A stretch of DNA of 64,000 bases, taken from the NCBI RefSeq assembly GCF_006345805.1, contig NC_043005.1, positions 24,552,001 to 24,616,000 of the forward strand. The letters run 5' to 3'. The translations under genes and the position numbers were made by a program. The notes below the pieces were generated by a model. The model was not told the origin of the DNA and made no database searches. It worked only from the letters and a program-made list of their open reading frames with translations. The DNA is from Octopus sinensis. Taxonomy: Eukaryota. Positions 26,530 through 40,258 of the stretch are shown here, one piece after another; position 1 is the stretch's first letter; the number at the start of each line of letters is the position of its first letter.

Positions 26530-27335
26530 GTAGATATGTATACAACTATATACATACTCACATATACATACTCACATATACATACTCATATATACATGCA
26601 TATGTATATGTGTGTATATGTGCATCTTGGTGTGGGAACGAAAGGAACATTGTTGTTTGTAAACCCGCCTCACTAATACTGGTTTGAAATTTTAGCACAA
26701 GGCCAGCAATTTTCATTATATCGACACCCCAATGCGTAACTGGTACTTATTTTATCGACCCCAGAAAGATGAAAAGTCAACCTCGATGGAATTTGAACTC
26801 AGAACGTAAAGACGGACGAAATGCCACTAAGCATTTTGTCCGGCGTGCTAACGATTCGGCCAGCTCGCCGTCCTATCTACCTCACTAATATTGACAGATT
26901 TGAGCCAACAATTGAAACATGATGTCGTCATTTTTATATTTCATGGCAAATATATTGATGTTATTTTTTTGTTTTTATTACTCCAGAAACTTCACTGGTC
27001 CAGTCAAATGTGATAAAATAAAGTTGTGAAAATATAATCAACCAATGCTGTTGTTTTTGTTTTGTTTTTCTCGTTGTTCGAAATCGTTCAGACGGTTATC
27101 ATAATTACATTCTTTCGTTGTCTGACTGCAAACCCCTTTGAAATCAACTTTGCTTTTCGTTCTTCTTTCCTGTTGAGATCGATCAAGTGAAGCATTAGTC
27201 AAATACTAGAGTGAGTCGATTTCAAGCCGTGTGCCTATATGTACGTGAGTTGTGTGTGTTTATGTATGTGCGTATATATTTATGTACGTGTGCATGTATT
27301 AATGTGTGTGTTTGTATATATATATTTTTTCGTTA

Positions 27336-27382
<47 letters not shown>

Positions 27383-27383
<1 letters not shown>

Positions 27384-28263
27384 CAATAAGTATCCGGACT
27401 GTTGCCAAGGGAACGACCCTAAAGCATGCAGTGAAACCACTTCGCACAGATTGACCTTGAACCCTGCTGTGGATGCGCACTAAGTTTTAACGTCCTAGCT
27501 CACTTCTGTTGTTTACAACAGTGCTTGGAAGGAAGGTGTGTAGTGTGTGATCGTCGCATTGACCATGACAGAGAAAGTTGTCATGGTGAAACTTGCACAG
27601 ATGCCTACACAAAGCTGCAGAAAGTGTATGGAGAGGAGTGTATGAACCGCACACAAGTGTACAAGTGGTTCAGATATTTTCAAGATGGCCGAAAAAATGT
27701 CGATATTGACAAAAGTTCTGGGAGGGCCCGCAACCAGCAGAACTGAGAAAAACATCACTGATGTTGGTGCACCTGTGAGAGGAAATTATCGAATCACCAT
27801 CCGTGAATTATCAGAGGATGTGCCGATTAGTTGCGGTTCAGTTCGGTCCATTATCACTGAAGATTTGGGTATGAGACACGTGTCTGCCACGTTTGTGCCC
27901 AAACTGCTTTCAGCTGACTAAAAAGACACTCGAGTTTCAGTTGCACAAGATCTCCTTGATTGTGTCGAGAATGATAAAAACCATTTCAAAACTTTGCGTA
28001 GACCTCTGAGCAGGTATCGGCAAGCTTTTTTCAAAATTTGATGCAGATTCTCTGCTGAACTTTCTCTCTCATGGTCAATGCGTCGATCACACGCAATACA
28101 CGTTCCTTCCCAGCACTACTGTAAACAGCGGAAGTGAGCTAGGACATTAAAGCTAAGTGCACGTGTACAGCAGAGTTCAAGGTCAGTCTGTGCCAAGCGG
28201 CTTCATACTCCATGCTTTAGCTTCCTTACTATAGTAACAGTCCAGATACTTATTGGTCAGACC
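27383..28263 (+). mobile_element. Truncated mariner element with very long TIRs (about 200-250 bp)
   Basis: N-terminal transposase fragments YTKLQKVYGEECMNRTQVYKWF and ITEDLGMRHVSATFVPKLL. 27384-27580 is the degenerate reverse complement of about 28060-28256. Confidence 0.85.
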
Positions 28264-28280
28264 ACACACACACACACACG

Positions 28281-29607
<1,327 letters not shown>

Positions 29608-29869
29608 ATAAAAAGACAGATAAACACATGAAGGCTTGGTATTTTTGAAAGAGATACAAAACAAATAAACGGAGTTATGTAACGATCTTATCTTGACAAC
29701 TGTTTCGAGTAACCTATGGTTAATGCCATAACAACGTCTATTACGTAATCAAGACCCATAATGTCATTGGTGTATGTAATAATATGGGTTCCTGTAGATC
29801 TGTGAGGCAAAGTTATTTTACCTTCATAAGAAAAATGTTACTGAAAACGTATTTCATAGCAGCTCATAT

Positions 29870-30245
29870 GTAGGTCTGTACGGCAATGGAGTAGAGTGGA
29901 GCGAGGCAAAACTTAATGGGAAAGATAAGAAGAGAGAGAAGGCGGGTAATTAAAACGGATTTAATGTTATAAAGATATCAGCTGGTGACAATCAGGGGAT
30001 AGATAGATAAAATAGATTCTAAGTGTAAAGAAACGACCAAGACAACGAAGAGGTCTATCAAAATGTCAAACTATAGGCAACAGTAGGAAACGCTTGGTGT
30101 TAGGTCGTAAATATCAGTAGCGTAGATAAAGTAGGGTTTAAAGAAGAACATAAGAGAGCGACTGAACAATGGAGCGATTGTATAAGGGTATAAGTTCGTA
30201 GAGTGCGAAGGGAGGGTAGGTGCGCTGGTATGAGAGGAAGAAGTA
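29870..30245 (-). mobile_element. Decayed CR1/L2-like LINE fragment, continuing after the SINE cluster at about 30820-30960
   Basis: Sequence on both sides of the SINE cluster shares a 17-bp duplication. The minus-strand remnant includes STNLYPYTIAPLFSRSL. Class assignment is tentative. Confidence 0.35.
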
Positions 30246-30819
30246 ATTTTTTCTACTTTAGGCACAAGGCCCGAAATTTTGCGGGGAGTGGCCAGTCGAT
30301 TAGACGCAATAGGCACTTAATTTATCGATCCCGAAAACAAAGTCGATCACGGTGGAATTTGAACTCAGAACGTAAAGACAGACGAAATATCGCTAAGCAT
30401 TTCGCCCAGCTTGCTAACGTTTCTACCAGCTTTCCGCCTTCGTAGGGCGATATATATTTATTTCTTTATTGCCCACAGGGTGCTAAATATAGAGGGGACA
30501 ACAAGGACAGACAAATGGATTAAGTCGATTACATCTATTCCAGTGCGTATCTGGTACTTAATTTATCGACTCCGAAATGATGACAGGCAAAGTCGACCTC
30601 GGTGGAAACCACAAGGGGCTAAACACAGAGAGGACAAACACGGACAGACAAACGGATTTAGTCGATTACATCGACCCCAGTGCGTAACTGGTACTTATTT
30701 AATCGACCCCGAAAGGATGAAAGGCAAAGTCGACCTCGGCGGAATTTGAACGTGGCGGCAGACGAAATACTGCTAAGCATTTCGCCCGGCGTGCTAACGT
30801 TTCTGCCAGCTCGCCGCCT
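30246..30819 (-). mobile_element. Composite of three SINE-A pieces bounded by one 17-bp TSD
   Basis: tatgagaggaagaagta at 30229-30245 and 30820-30836. Confidence 0.8.
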
Positions 30820-31034
30820 TATGAGAGGAAGAAGTATGACAGAGTTCCGATATTGTAGTACATTTGCTAGGAGCAAGAATTACAACTAAAACATAAAAGG
30901 GGAAAGCTCGTTCTTATGGTAAAGTTATATGGGTTAAGGGTAAAAAGTTGTTTTGTATAACTTATATCGGCGCATGGAAATTACGCCAGAGAAACTATTT
31001 AGTAGGGAGATCTTATACATACATACACGCACAC

Positions 31035-31223
31035 AAGTTGACTCGATGTGAAAAACATCCGTGAGATATTTCGACAAACGCTTCGGCAATTCAGCTACTC
31101 TCCACGTTAATTACACTAACGCACGCACGCACGCACACACACACACACATACACACACAGTAGCTGGATCGCTGAAGCGTTTCTCGAAATATCTCACGGA
31201 TATTTTTCAGATCGGGTCAACTT
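31035..31223. mobile_element. Foldback/MITE-like element with about 65-bp imperfect TIRs around a (CA)n core
   Basis: aagttgactcgatgtgaaaaacatccgtgagatatttcg... is matched by ...cgaaatatctcacggatatttttcagatcgggtcaactt. Confidence 0.65.
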
Positions 31224-31489
31224 TGATTTTCTTCCTTTTGGAGTCGGTAAGATAAAGTACCAGTCAAATACCAGTTGATTTACTCAACTCGCCCATCCTT
31301 ACAAAATTTGAGACCAAACGGTCAATTAACGGAGTCGTTTGAGCGTTGGTTAAAATGCCTTGTGGTATTTCTTTTGGTTCTTTACGATAAGTTTCAAATC
31401 CTTTTGTGGTCAACATTGCTTTTCATTCTTTCGAACGTTGTAAAACAAAGTACCAATCGAGCAAATTTTAGGCCTTGTGCCTGTGTTTA

Positions 31490-33470
31490 ATTAAAACCCT
31501 ATCTATATATGTTCTGAAAGACCTGTCATTATTTGACCACGTCCACTGTGGAGGTTTCTGATGTTCCAACCTATATAGATCTGCCAGTTGAAAGTGACTT
31601 AGCAGATCCCGAAAGCCAGGGTCACATTTTCTATTCATGTCCGAGCCAACATAATCTGTGCGCGCGTCACAAATTGTGTTAAAGTCTCCTATCAATACTA
31701 GCGAATGCGTCGTGGCCAGAAACTTGCCCGGGTCACGAAAATATTCACTTTGCGGACCCATAACGTTGGGTGCATAAATTGCAACCAGCCTGATTGTCTT
31801 GCCACAACTGAAAGTCAGGTCAAGAACGACCAGCTTGCCTTCTAGATCAGAAAAAAAAACAACCTTTTCTCAGTTATCCAGTTTCTTTTTAGTAGGACCA
31901 ATACCCCGTCCCACCAGCAGCCCGACTTGGAGAAACGTATTTCTCGTAGCCGTTCAGGAGGGGGAGCAGATGTCTTGGCCACTTCACCCGGGTTTCCGTT
32001 GCAACAATTACATCCAAATTTCTCGACCTGATGTCATTTAGGAAGCGCCCTTGCTTCCAACTCGACATCAGGCCACGGACATTTATACAACCATTGTGAA
32101 TACACGTGACTTACCTTTTAGGTCGGGGCATCCTGTGGAGAGGGACTCTCCACCTTTTCTTGACTTAGGGTGGGAGATGGCAAGCCTTCAAACATAGATT
32201 GATGAAAATCAAATCTCAATGTTGAGACCGATTTTCTATACGTGTTAAACAAGATATTATACGTTTTGTTTTGTCCAATTCGTAAAATTCATAGTTTTTA
32301 TATTTACCTGATAGTTCAATTAGCTTAGTGGCTGATTTTTTTTATTTTTATATCATGCATTAAGTTTTCGTTCTTGCTGTGTAGTGCAACTATTCCTCCG
32401 TTCGTTTCCCTCTCCGCCATCCTCGCTCTGTCTCTCTTGGCTGTTTTTTTTTTCATTTTTGGTCTCGGCTCGCTCTGCTTTTGCTGGTTCCAGCCTTCCA
32501 TTTTCCTTTTGTTGTTTATTTTTCCTTCAGTTTCTCTCTCTCTTTCTTCCTCCTCATCATCTGATTCTTCTTCACCTTCTTTACAATATCACACTGGAAA
32601 CATCGGGGCTTACGCCCCTCAACAGAAATATTTAGAACTTCCTCCCCTACTTCCACGATTTCTGGAAGCTGTTCTAACATCTTTTGGTCAGCCTGCAGTA
32701 TGAGGTTAGGCGTTTGGCTAGTCCATTATGTATTCTCTGTAACGGTAGCCTGCAGGAGGTTAATATTATCCTCCCTGTTTGCCAGGACTGCCGCTATCAA
32801 GCACCTAGGGTTTACTTCGGGTGGAATTCTTAGTATTCTAACCTTTGATGCTCTCATTCCCATGTAAATTGGGATTAATATTGTGCCTTCCGACTCTAAT
32901 GATTTTACAGAGTGTTGTGCCGTTTTTGCTTTCTTGAACTTCACCACGATGGTTCCAAACTTCTTACCTCTGGTTAGATATGTAATGTCCTGCCAGACGG
33001 GCTTTAAACATTTTTCAATTTTTTCTCACATATCTTGTCAATTCTTCGAGCTTTAAAGCAGAATGTCTTAAAAATAATAATTTTCCTTTTTACCTCCGTT
33101 AATTGTTCTTCTGGTATTTCCACTTTTACCACTCCATCTCGTTCTGTTTCCATTTCCTTGTATTTTAATGATTCTTTTTTGTCATTTGACAGCTGTCGCG
33201 TTCCATTACTAGCTGCTGACGCAAAACTTTTTCTTTCTTTCTTGTGAATGGTCTTTGCTTCTATATTTCTTTTGGTATCCGTAACTTTTGGTAATGCAGG
33301 GAATTCACTTTCCGAAACATCAGAAATGTTATCACAAATTAAACTTTCTATCTTCCTTGCTTCCCGCCCGGTCGATGAATCATCATCCGACGAAGACACA
33401 CTTTTCGACATCTTGTAGCAATTAATGTTTTCCACTACAGGGGAAAACCACAGGTGGCTTTCGAAAGAAA
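31490..33470 (-). mobile_element. Tx1/L1-clade LINE remnant: ORF1 pieces plus the AP-endonuclease of ORF2
   Basis: ORF2 fragments NVRGL...KQGRFLNDIRSRNLDVIVATETRV, IRLVAIYAP, LVLIGDFNTICD and WTW...TYIDRVL. Upstream basic/acidic ORF1-like fragments lie at 32726-33435, with an interruption at about 32200-32720. Confidence 0.8.
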
Positions 33471-36178
33471 TCTATAATACAATTTTTTAATGATAAATCC
33501 AACAATAGGTACAACAAGAGATATAACAATTAGAAAAAACTTACGAACACACTCCAACAATAAATTTTCAATAACAGACAGACGAAATACCGCTAAGCAT
33601 TTCGCCCGGCGTGCTAACGGTTTTTATTTCCTTACTGCTCACAAGGGGCTACACATAGAGGGGACAAACAAGGACAGACAAACGGATTAAGTCGATTATA
33701 TCGACCCCAGTGCGTAACTGGTACTTATTTAATCGACCCAGAAAGGAATTTGAACTCAGAACGTAGCCGCAGACGAAATACAGCTAAGCATTTCGCCCAG
33801 CGTGCTAACGTTTTCTGCCAAACTCGCCGCCTTCGGATTTCATAGTATGTTTCATTGGTATAAACGTTTATATTATACTCACCTAAAACTCTTCGTTTAA
33901 ACTCTTACACATTTTTCTCTTCTCTCGCTTCGATTATTAGACAGGTTATGTTTAGGATAAGTTTCGTTTTAACTTTAATGTGACCCTTCATTACTTTGGT
34001 GTTTTGGGCTTGTATTTTATTTTATTTTATTTTTTTTTTTACTACTCTTCTTACATCAGACACGAAATAGTCTTGATCCAACATTTTTCCCCTTCCAGTA
34101 TTATGCTTAACTTTAACACCTGAATTATATAGTTTTCTACAAACATAAATTTATTTCTTCTTGTTATGACAACGCTGATCCCTATCGTGTCATCCTTTTC
34201 TTAGATACTTCATTTCGTCAATAAAGTCATATATCATTATTCTACTTCTGAAAATCATTTTTCAGTTATTTCCCCTTCCACTTCCTTCTATTTTCTTTCA
34301 GTTTTTCAGATCCATCATCAGTTTTATCTGATATAATTATAGCTGCCATTACTTGCTTCTCATGAATCCAACGAAACCAGTTGACTAATTCCTGTACACT
34401 TTTTTTATACGGTTGAAACTATAATTCTAATAAATCCTTTGTGATATTAATTACTGCGGGCATTATAACTGACGGAAATATGAAATAAATTATTTCTAAT
34501 GTGGATCTCGAAGTAGATAAAGCTAAAAGTAATAGCGTGAAGAATATTGGGTTAAAGAAACACTTGGATGAAGAAATCGAAGGCTGCTCTGTAAACATAA
34601 TCAGACCAAAGCAACGCATCGAATTTTTGTTCTTACCAATGAGAATTATATAATGTCTACGTCATAAAAATTTAGAAACTTCAAGAGAATGTGAAATAAA
34701 TCGTTTTTAACAGAGAAACACGAAGTAGAACGTCTGTAATGTTTGCAGATGTGGGTTCAAGTCCCACGGACAGCCCCTCACTTTTTCCATCGAAGGGTGT
34801 TTTAATCCAATCGTCTACACGCCATTATTTATAGCTTAATGGATTTCAAGCACCACCATTAAAAACTGTTTATTTCATTTCCCTCGAAGATTTAACTTCT
34901 TATATCATAAACAAAATACAATCGTCGTTGCTAAGAACAAAGTTTCTGCAATGGATACAGAAAATTTGAAGAATTGCTTTTGTTATAATGATAAAATGAT
35001 TGTCAGGTTCGTATAAGATGTAGACCAAGTCCCACCAGCAATCTTCAATCTAATAATTTAATTTAACGCAATATTCTACTCCCAATTATTTATAACTTTA
35101 TCTCCTTCGATTTCCAACGTGAATAACATTTTATTTCTTATCTCCTTGACATTTCTGAATTCTTGTGAAGTATTCAAGGAAATATTCGGTTGTCGGATAA
35201 ATTCGTTCGCTTTTTCCAAATTTTTTTTAAAATCCTTTCCAATGTTATTTAAATTAACACGAAAAACATTTTTATCGTATTTGTGGTTCTATTCTTCCCC
35301 TTCAACTTTTGCTTATCGTTTATGATATTTGAATGACTTTTACCTCTTTCATACTTTATGACGATGGACTGTCAAGGAAAGGAAAAACAACGAACGAATT
35401 TATGTGACAACGCAATTAAAAAAAAAATTTTCCGTACTCTTTAACATTTACCACAATTACTGTTGTCTACAATTACCACAATTACTTTTCTGGTTTAACA
35501 ATCTGACTCATTATATCAAGAAACAGATACTTCCTCTGGTTAGTACCTTTTGATACTAAAAGTTCCAGTAGATTTTGAAGCTATCGTTCGCTTTATTATT
35601 TTTTTCTCTCTCTCTCTCTCTTTTGTTTTCTCAATATTCCAATGCTTTAATGGTACTGAACTAAAAGAAAAAAGTATAAATACAGGGAAATAGGATTCTT
35701 CATTCTTGTTTTATGTTTCTAGGTTGATAAACGTTTCATCTCTACATATTTCAAAATATTTGTGAGAAAATTTTCCATTAATAAAATAAAAAACATCCCT
35801 TAAAACAGATTCTCAAAACGAAATAAGGTGAACACAGACCATGATAATTGAATATTAGCCATATGGTCTTTCTCTATGGCACCGTATAATTGTTCATGAT
35901 TAGATTTTTGCTAATGCTCATTGAATTAAATGTGTTCACGCTAAATTGACTATAACAACATCTGGAACATTATGGTCAGTAGCGCTGTCTTTTGGAATCT
36001 TTGGAAATGGAATCCAAAGATTTCCTGTTAGTTCCATTTCTTCTCATCCGAAAATAGCCAAAAATGTTAATCAATGATTCTGTTTAAAGACCTAAATATC
36101 TGTTTGCAATAAATTATCATGAGCACATAAAACAGTGAGAATCAAAACAAAGTGTGCATTCTCATTCATATGTTCCTG

Positions 36179-36229
36179 CACGTGATTATGATCATTTGCA
36201 TAATCACGTGAACATGATTATGCAAATGA
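36179..36229. promoter_or_regulatory. Palindromic cluster of two octamer (ATGCAAAT) and two CACGTG E-box motifs
   Basis: CACGTG at 36179 and 36205, ATTTGCAT at 36194, ATGCAAAT at 36220, in a repeat-poor interval. Function is inferred only. Confidence 0.4.
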
Positions 36230-36911
36230 CTCTTGTGTTTCGCCTTCGAAGAACAACTCCTTTCAGAATATGTGTGTTGACAACTCACACAACTCAGTGA
36301 CATAGAATATTTTTAAGACACCGGTGTTTCGACTTAAGTATGTCTCTTCAATGAAAGCTACATCCGGATCAGTGAACTAAACAAGAATGGTCGCACTTCT
36401 TCATCGAATCCGGAAGATTATTTGCAGATACATGTCTGCCAAGTCAATAATTAATTGTCATGTAAACGTCAAACTGCGAGAATCAAAACTATCATGAAGA
36501 GATTCATTCTTAACATGTTCCGGCAGATTTTAACGTGAATATGTTTAATTGCTGTTGTAATTTGCTTTCAGAGAACACCTCCTTTCAGATGAAGACTGAA
36601 ATCATACAGCAGTAACAATACTAATACTATCAAGTCTGGTTGACCAGAGTTTATCTGGTGCTACATCAAAACACTAACAATCATGTCCAACGGTTCCCTT
36701 GTATCTCTTCCTCTCATCACTAACAATGTTTTTATCACACCACCACCTAAGCCCTTTATCCCTCCACAAAACATTTTTTTCTGTCTGGAACTTCATCCCT
36801 ATTCATGTTTCAGACACACTGAATCAGATGAAAAAGACTGGAGGGATTGTCATGACTGGAATGCCTTTTGAAAAGAGGTCTGCTTGGTCAGAGTTGACTG
36901 AGAGTTAAATA

Positions 36912-37131
36912 TATTTCTTTATTGCCCACAAGGGGCTAAACACAGAGTGGACAAACAAGGACAAACAAACGGATTAAGTCGATTACATCGACCCCAGTGT
37001 GTAACTGGTACTTAATTTATCGACCTCGAAAGGATGAAAGGCAAAGTCGACCTCGGCGGAATTTGAACCCAGAACGTAACGGCAGACGAAATACGGCTAC
37101 GCATTTCACCCACCGTGCTAACGTTTCTGCC
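36912..37131 (-). mobile_element. SINE family A, full-length copy
   Basis: 9-bp TSD agttaaata at 36903-36911 and 37132-37140. Confidence 0.85.
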
Positions 37132-37319
37132 AGTTAAATAAAAAGAACAACATTAATAGTAGAGAGTTTTTATACAGTCGTTCAGGAAGCTGGAAATAGC
37201 AGTTAAATTTCCTCACATCACACCCTATTGCCACAAAGAGAGCATCTAAGACGAAAGATGGTCGTAGCTGGAACGCTAGAGATCATAAATCTGCTCAATC
37301 AGAGCATAACTTGGGTTAC

Positions 37320-37359
<40 letters not shown>

Positions 37360-37704
37360 CGACATAAGCCAGCAAGGAATCCTCTAATAAGTCAATGATC
37401 TGCTAGAAATAGAAGCCAAATCCTAGGGAATCATTGAACAATGTAATAGTAGACACATGATGCTTAGGATAAGTCCAGATGGTCAGGAATCGAAAGATTT
37501 TAATCATGGGTCTGGTCACTTAGGAGATTAGCCTAAGGTTAAACAATATCAACAGCGTTCCCAAACAAAAACAATAACAAATACTTTCAACAAAGAATCT
37601 ATTGTTACATTTTTATTCTCAATACAGTCAACGCCAGTACAAAAGCTGTATGCAAATTACGAAAACTGACATCATGTGTATATATATATATATATTTATT
37701 ATAT

Positions 37705-37759
<55 letters not shown>

Positions 37760-37903
37760 TGTTTGTTATGGCCGGTCAGAGAGTGACCATTAGTTCCGCG
37801 CCTATAAAACTGTATAAGCAACTTACCAGACTCAAATGGTCAGAGGCACATCTCTTCTTTCTTTGGATACGTGTGTATGTGTGTTTGTGTACATGTATAT
37901 ATA

Positions 37904-37942
<39 letters not shown>

Positions 37943-38013
37943 TATACATATACATATATATATATATATATATTATATACATATATATACATATACATAT
38001 ATATATATATATA

Positions 38014-38104
<91 letters not shown>

Positions 38105-38137
38105 CATATATATATATATATATATACATACATATAT

Positions 38138-38168
<31 letters not shown>

Positions 38169-38228
38169 CATACATATATATATATATATTATATATATAT
38201 ATATAACATATATATATATATTATATAT

Positions 38229-38298
<70 letters not shown>

Positions 38299-38302
<4 letters not shown>

Positions 38303-39128
38303 GTCGCCATTTTATATTTTTAATTTCGTACATGACTTTTGTTTGTTTTTGTCGACTACACAGTATAGTAGGTTTAGTTGGGCATCGTCTGTGAGAAACA
38401 CACCATCATGACGCAATCAATTCACTCTGCTAGAAATGTGGAAACGACATGCTGTACTGCTTGGCATTCCCGCCTGAAATTCCAATACGAACATTTCAGA
38501 GTGTTTGGGTGTCAATCTGAGGACATGTACCGAGAGTGATAAAAATCAAACATCCAGTCAACATCATGGTGTTTGGAGTGATCACTAGTGATGGCAACGT
38601 TATGCCGCCATTTACCTTCCCACGTGGCCTCACACTCATCACGGAGGCCTACATCAAGTGCCTGGAGGAGGTAGTGCGTCCTGGGTGAAGAGGGTGGCTG
38701 CTGGAAGACCCTATGTCTGGCAACAGGACTCTGCACCATACCACACAAGCAGGAGAACCCAGTCATGGCTGTCAGACAATTTCTGCGACCACATCACTCC
38801 TAACATTTGGCCACCTAACTCCCCAGACTGCAACCCCATTGATTATTATATGGGAGGTGCAGTTCAGCAAGAGACCAACAAAACTCCTTGTAACACCAAA
38901 GATGAACTGAGGGCAAGGATTATGGCAGTATTCACCAACTTAAATAAGCAGACCATCCAGAAGAGTTGCATGAGATTACGAACTCGCCTGGAGGCCGTGG
39001 TTGAAGCCAATGGTGATTTTATTGAATAAATTTACTCTCTAGTATTTCAATATATTTTTATGTAATTTTGGTAAATATATCTGTTAAAATGAGATGTCTG
39101 TGTTATTTTCCTTTCCGTGTAATTCACC

Positions 39129-39131
<3 letters not shown>
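38299..39131 (+). mobile_element. Internally deleted maT (DD37D) transposon, same family as 2105-2872
   Basis: ORF 38658-39029 reads WQQDSAPYHTSRRTQSWLSDNFCDHITPNIWPPNSPDCNPIDYY (D-37-D). The right TIR ends ...aattcaccctg|TA. Confidence 0.9.
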
Positions 39132-39209
<78 letters not shown>

Positions 39210-39260
39210 AAAGGAATAAAAGAATGGAGTCGAACGAGGATTTTAACACAATTCCTTTAA

Positions 39261-39339
39261 TTTCAACACATGTTTCGAAGACTGCATATTTTTAATTCTG
39301 AAGGAATAAGGTGCATTATGCCGTCTTCTCATCAGGAAA
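39261..39339 (-). ncRNA. Type I hammerhead ribozyme candidate with minimal stem III, at the 3' end of a Penelope-like terminal remnant
   Basis: Minus strand: UUUC-CUGAUGA-GAAGAC g GCAUA..(loop)..UAUGC a GUCUUC-GAAA-C augu G-UU-GAAA. Core is canonical, stem II has a perfect 6-bp G-C-closed helix, stem I is 4 bp, and the triplet is GUU. Confidence 0.7.
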
Positions 39340-39845
39340 GTCAAGGAAAATCAATCAGCCTCAAGACGGACAAAAACTTTTCTATGGCTTGCTACATATT
39401 GACCACAGTGATAATGAGTGATTTTAAAAATCCGTTAAAAGCAATGACGTCAAAAATGTTTGGAAGAGGAATTTATGAAAATAAGAAGTGGACAGTATGC
39501 ATGCTGTATGAATATGGATGCGGGGGTGTTTGCTCTGGTTAATAAGTTTTATTGCTTATGTGTGTGTATGAGTGTGTGTATATAACTGCATTTATGTCTA
39601 TGTATGTATATGTGTGTAAACATGTATAGGTAGGGGCCGGTTGTCAGATAAATATATATATACAGGGTGAATTACACGAAAAGGAAAATAACACTGACAT
39701 CTCATATATATAAGTTCAGCAAAATTTAGATTCAGATGAATATGGTACTTAAGTTAAAGGCACCAGAATTTTGTGTGGTATTATCCATATAAATCAAATG
39801 GGGGGGGATTATAATCAAAATAAGCAACAAGGATATCCAAGGTAG

Positions 39846-39933
39846 TGTAGTACAATTGTTTCATGCTACTTCATTTTATTAAACACTGTAAGTATAACAT
39901 CAGTTTTAAAATGTCGAGCAATCTTCAGCCACA
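39846..39933 (-). ncRNA. Mirror-image copy of the 40171-40258 hammerhead in the left arm of the inverted repeat
   Basis: Reverse complement of the right-arm hammerhead. Core residues are identical, with one mismatch in the distal stem II hairpin. Confidence 0.65.
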
Positions 39934-40170
39934 TATAAATTTTTTTAATTAAACGGACAATGCACATTCTTATTCTTATTTCATTTGCCAACATTACAAA
40001 GAGGGTAGATATATAGACAGAGAGGTTAATTTCATCATTAAGAACATACTACCACCATGTTCTTAACGATGAAATTAACCTCTCTGTCTATATATCTACC
40101 CTCTTTGTAATGTTGGCAAATGAAATAAGAATAAGAATGTGCATTGTCCGTTTAATTAAAAAATTCTATA

Positions 40171-40258
40171 TGTGGCTGAAGATTGCTCGACATTTTAAAA
40201 CTGATGTAATACTTACAGTGTTTAATAAAATGAAGTAGCATGAAACAATTGTACTACA
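40171..40258 (+). ncRNA. Type I minimal (dimer-type) hammerhead ribozyme candidate in the right arm of a 238-bp inverted repeat
   Basis: UGUGG-CUGAAGA-uUGCU..(extended hairpin)..AGCAu-GAAA-C AAUU G-UA-CUACA. Stem III ACAAUUGU is palindromic, the triplet is GUA, and stem I is 5 bp. Confidence 0.65.

Noticed and set aside
39089-39705. Outward-facing maT TIR pair
   Set aside because: It is explained by the right end of one element plus a 45-bp left-end stub of another, not by a single structure.
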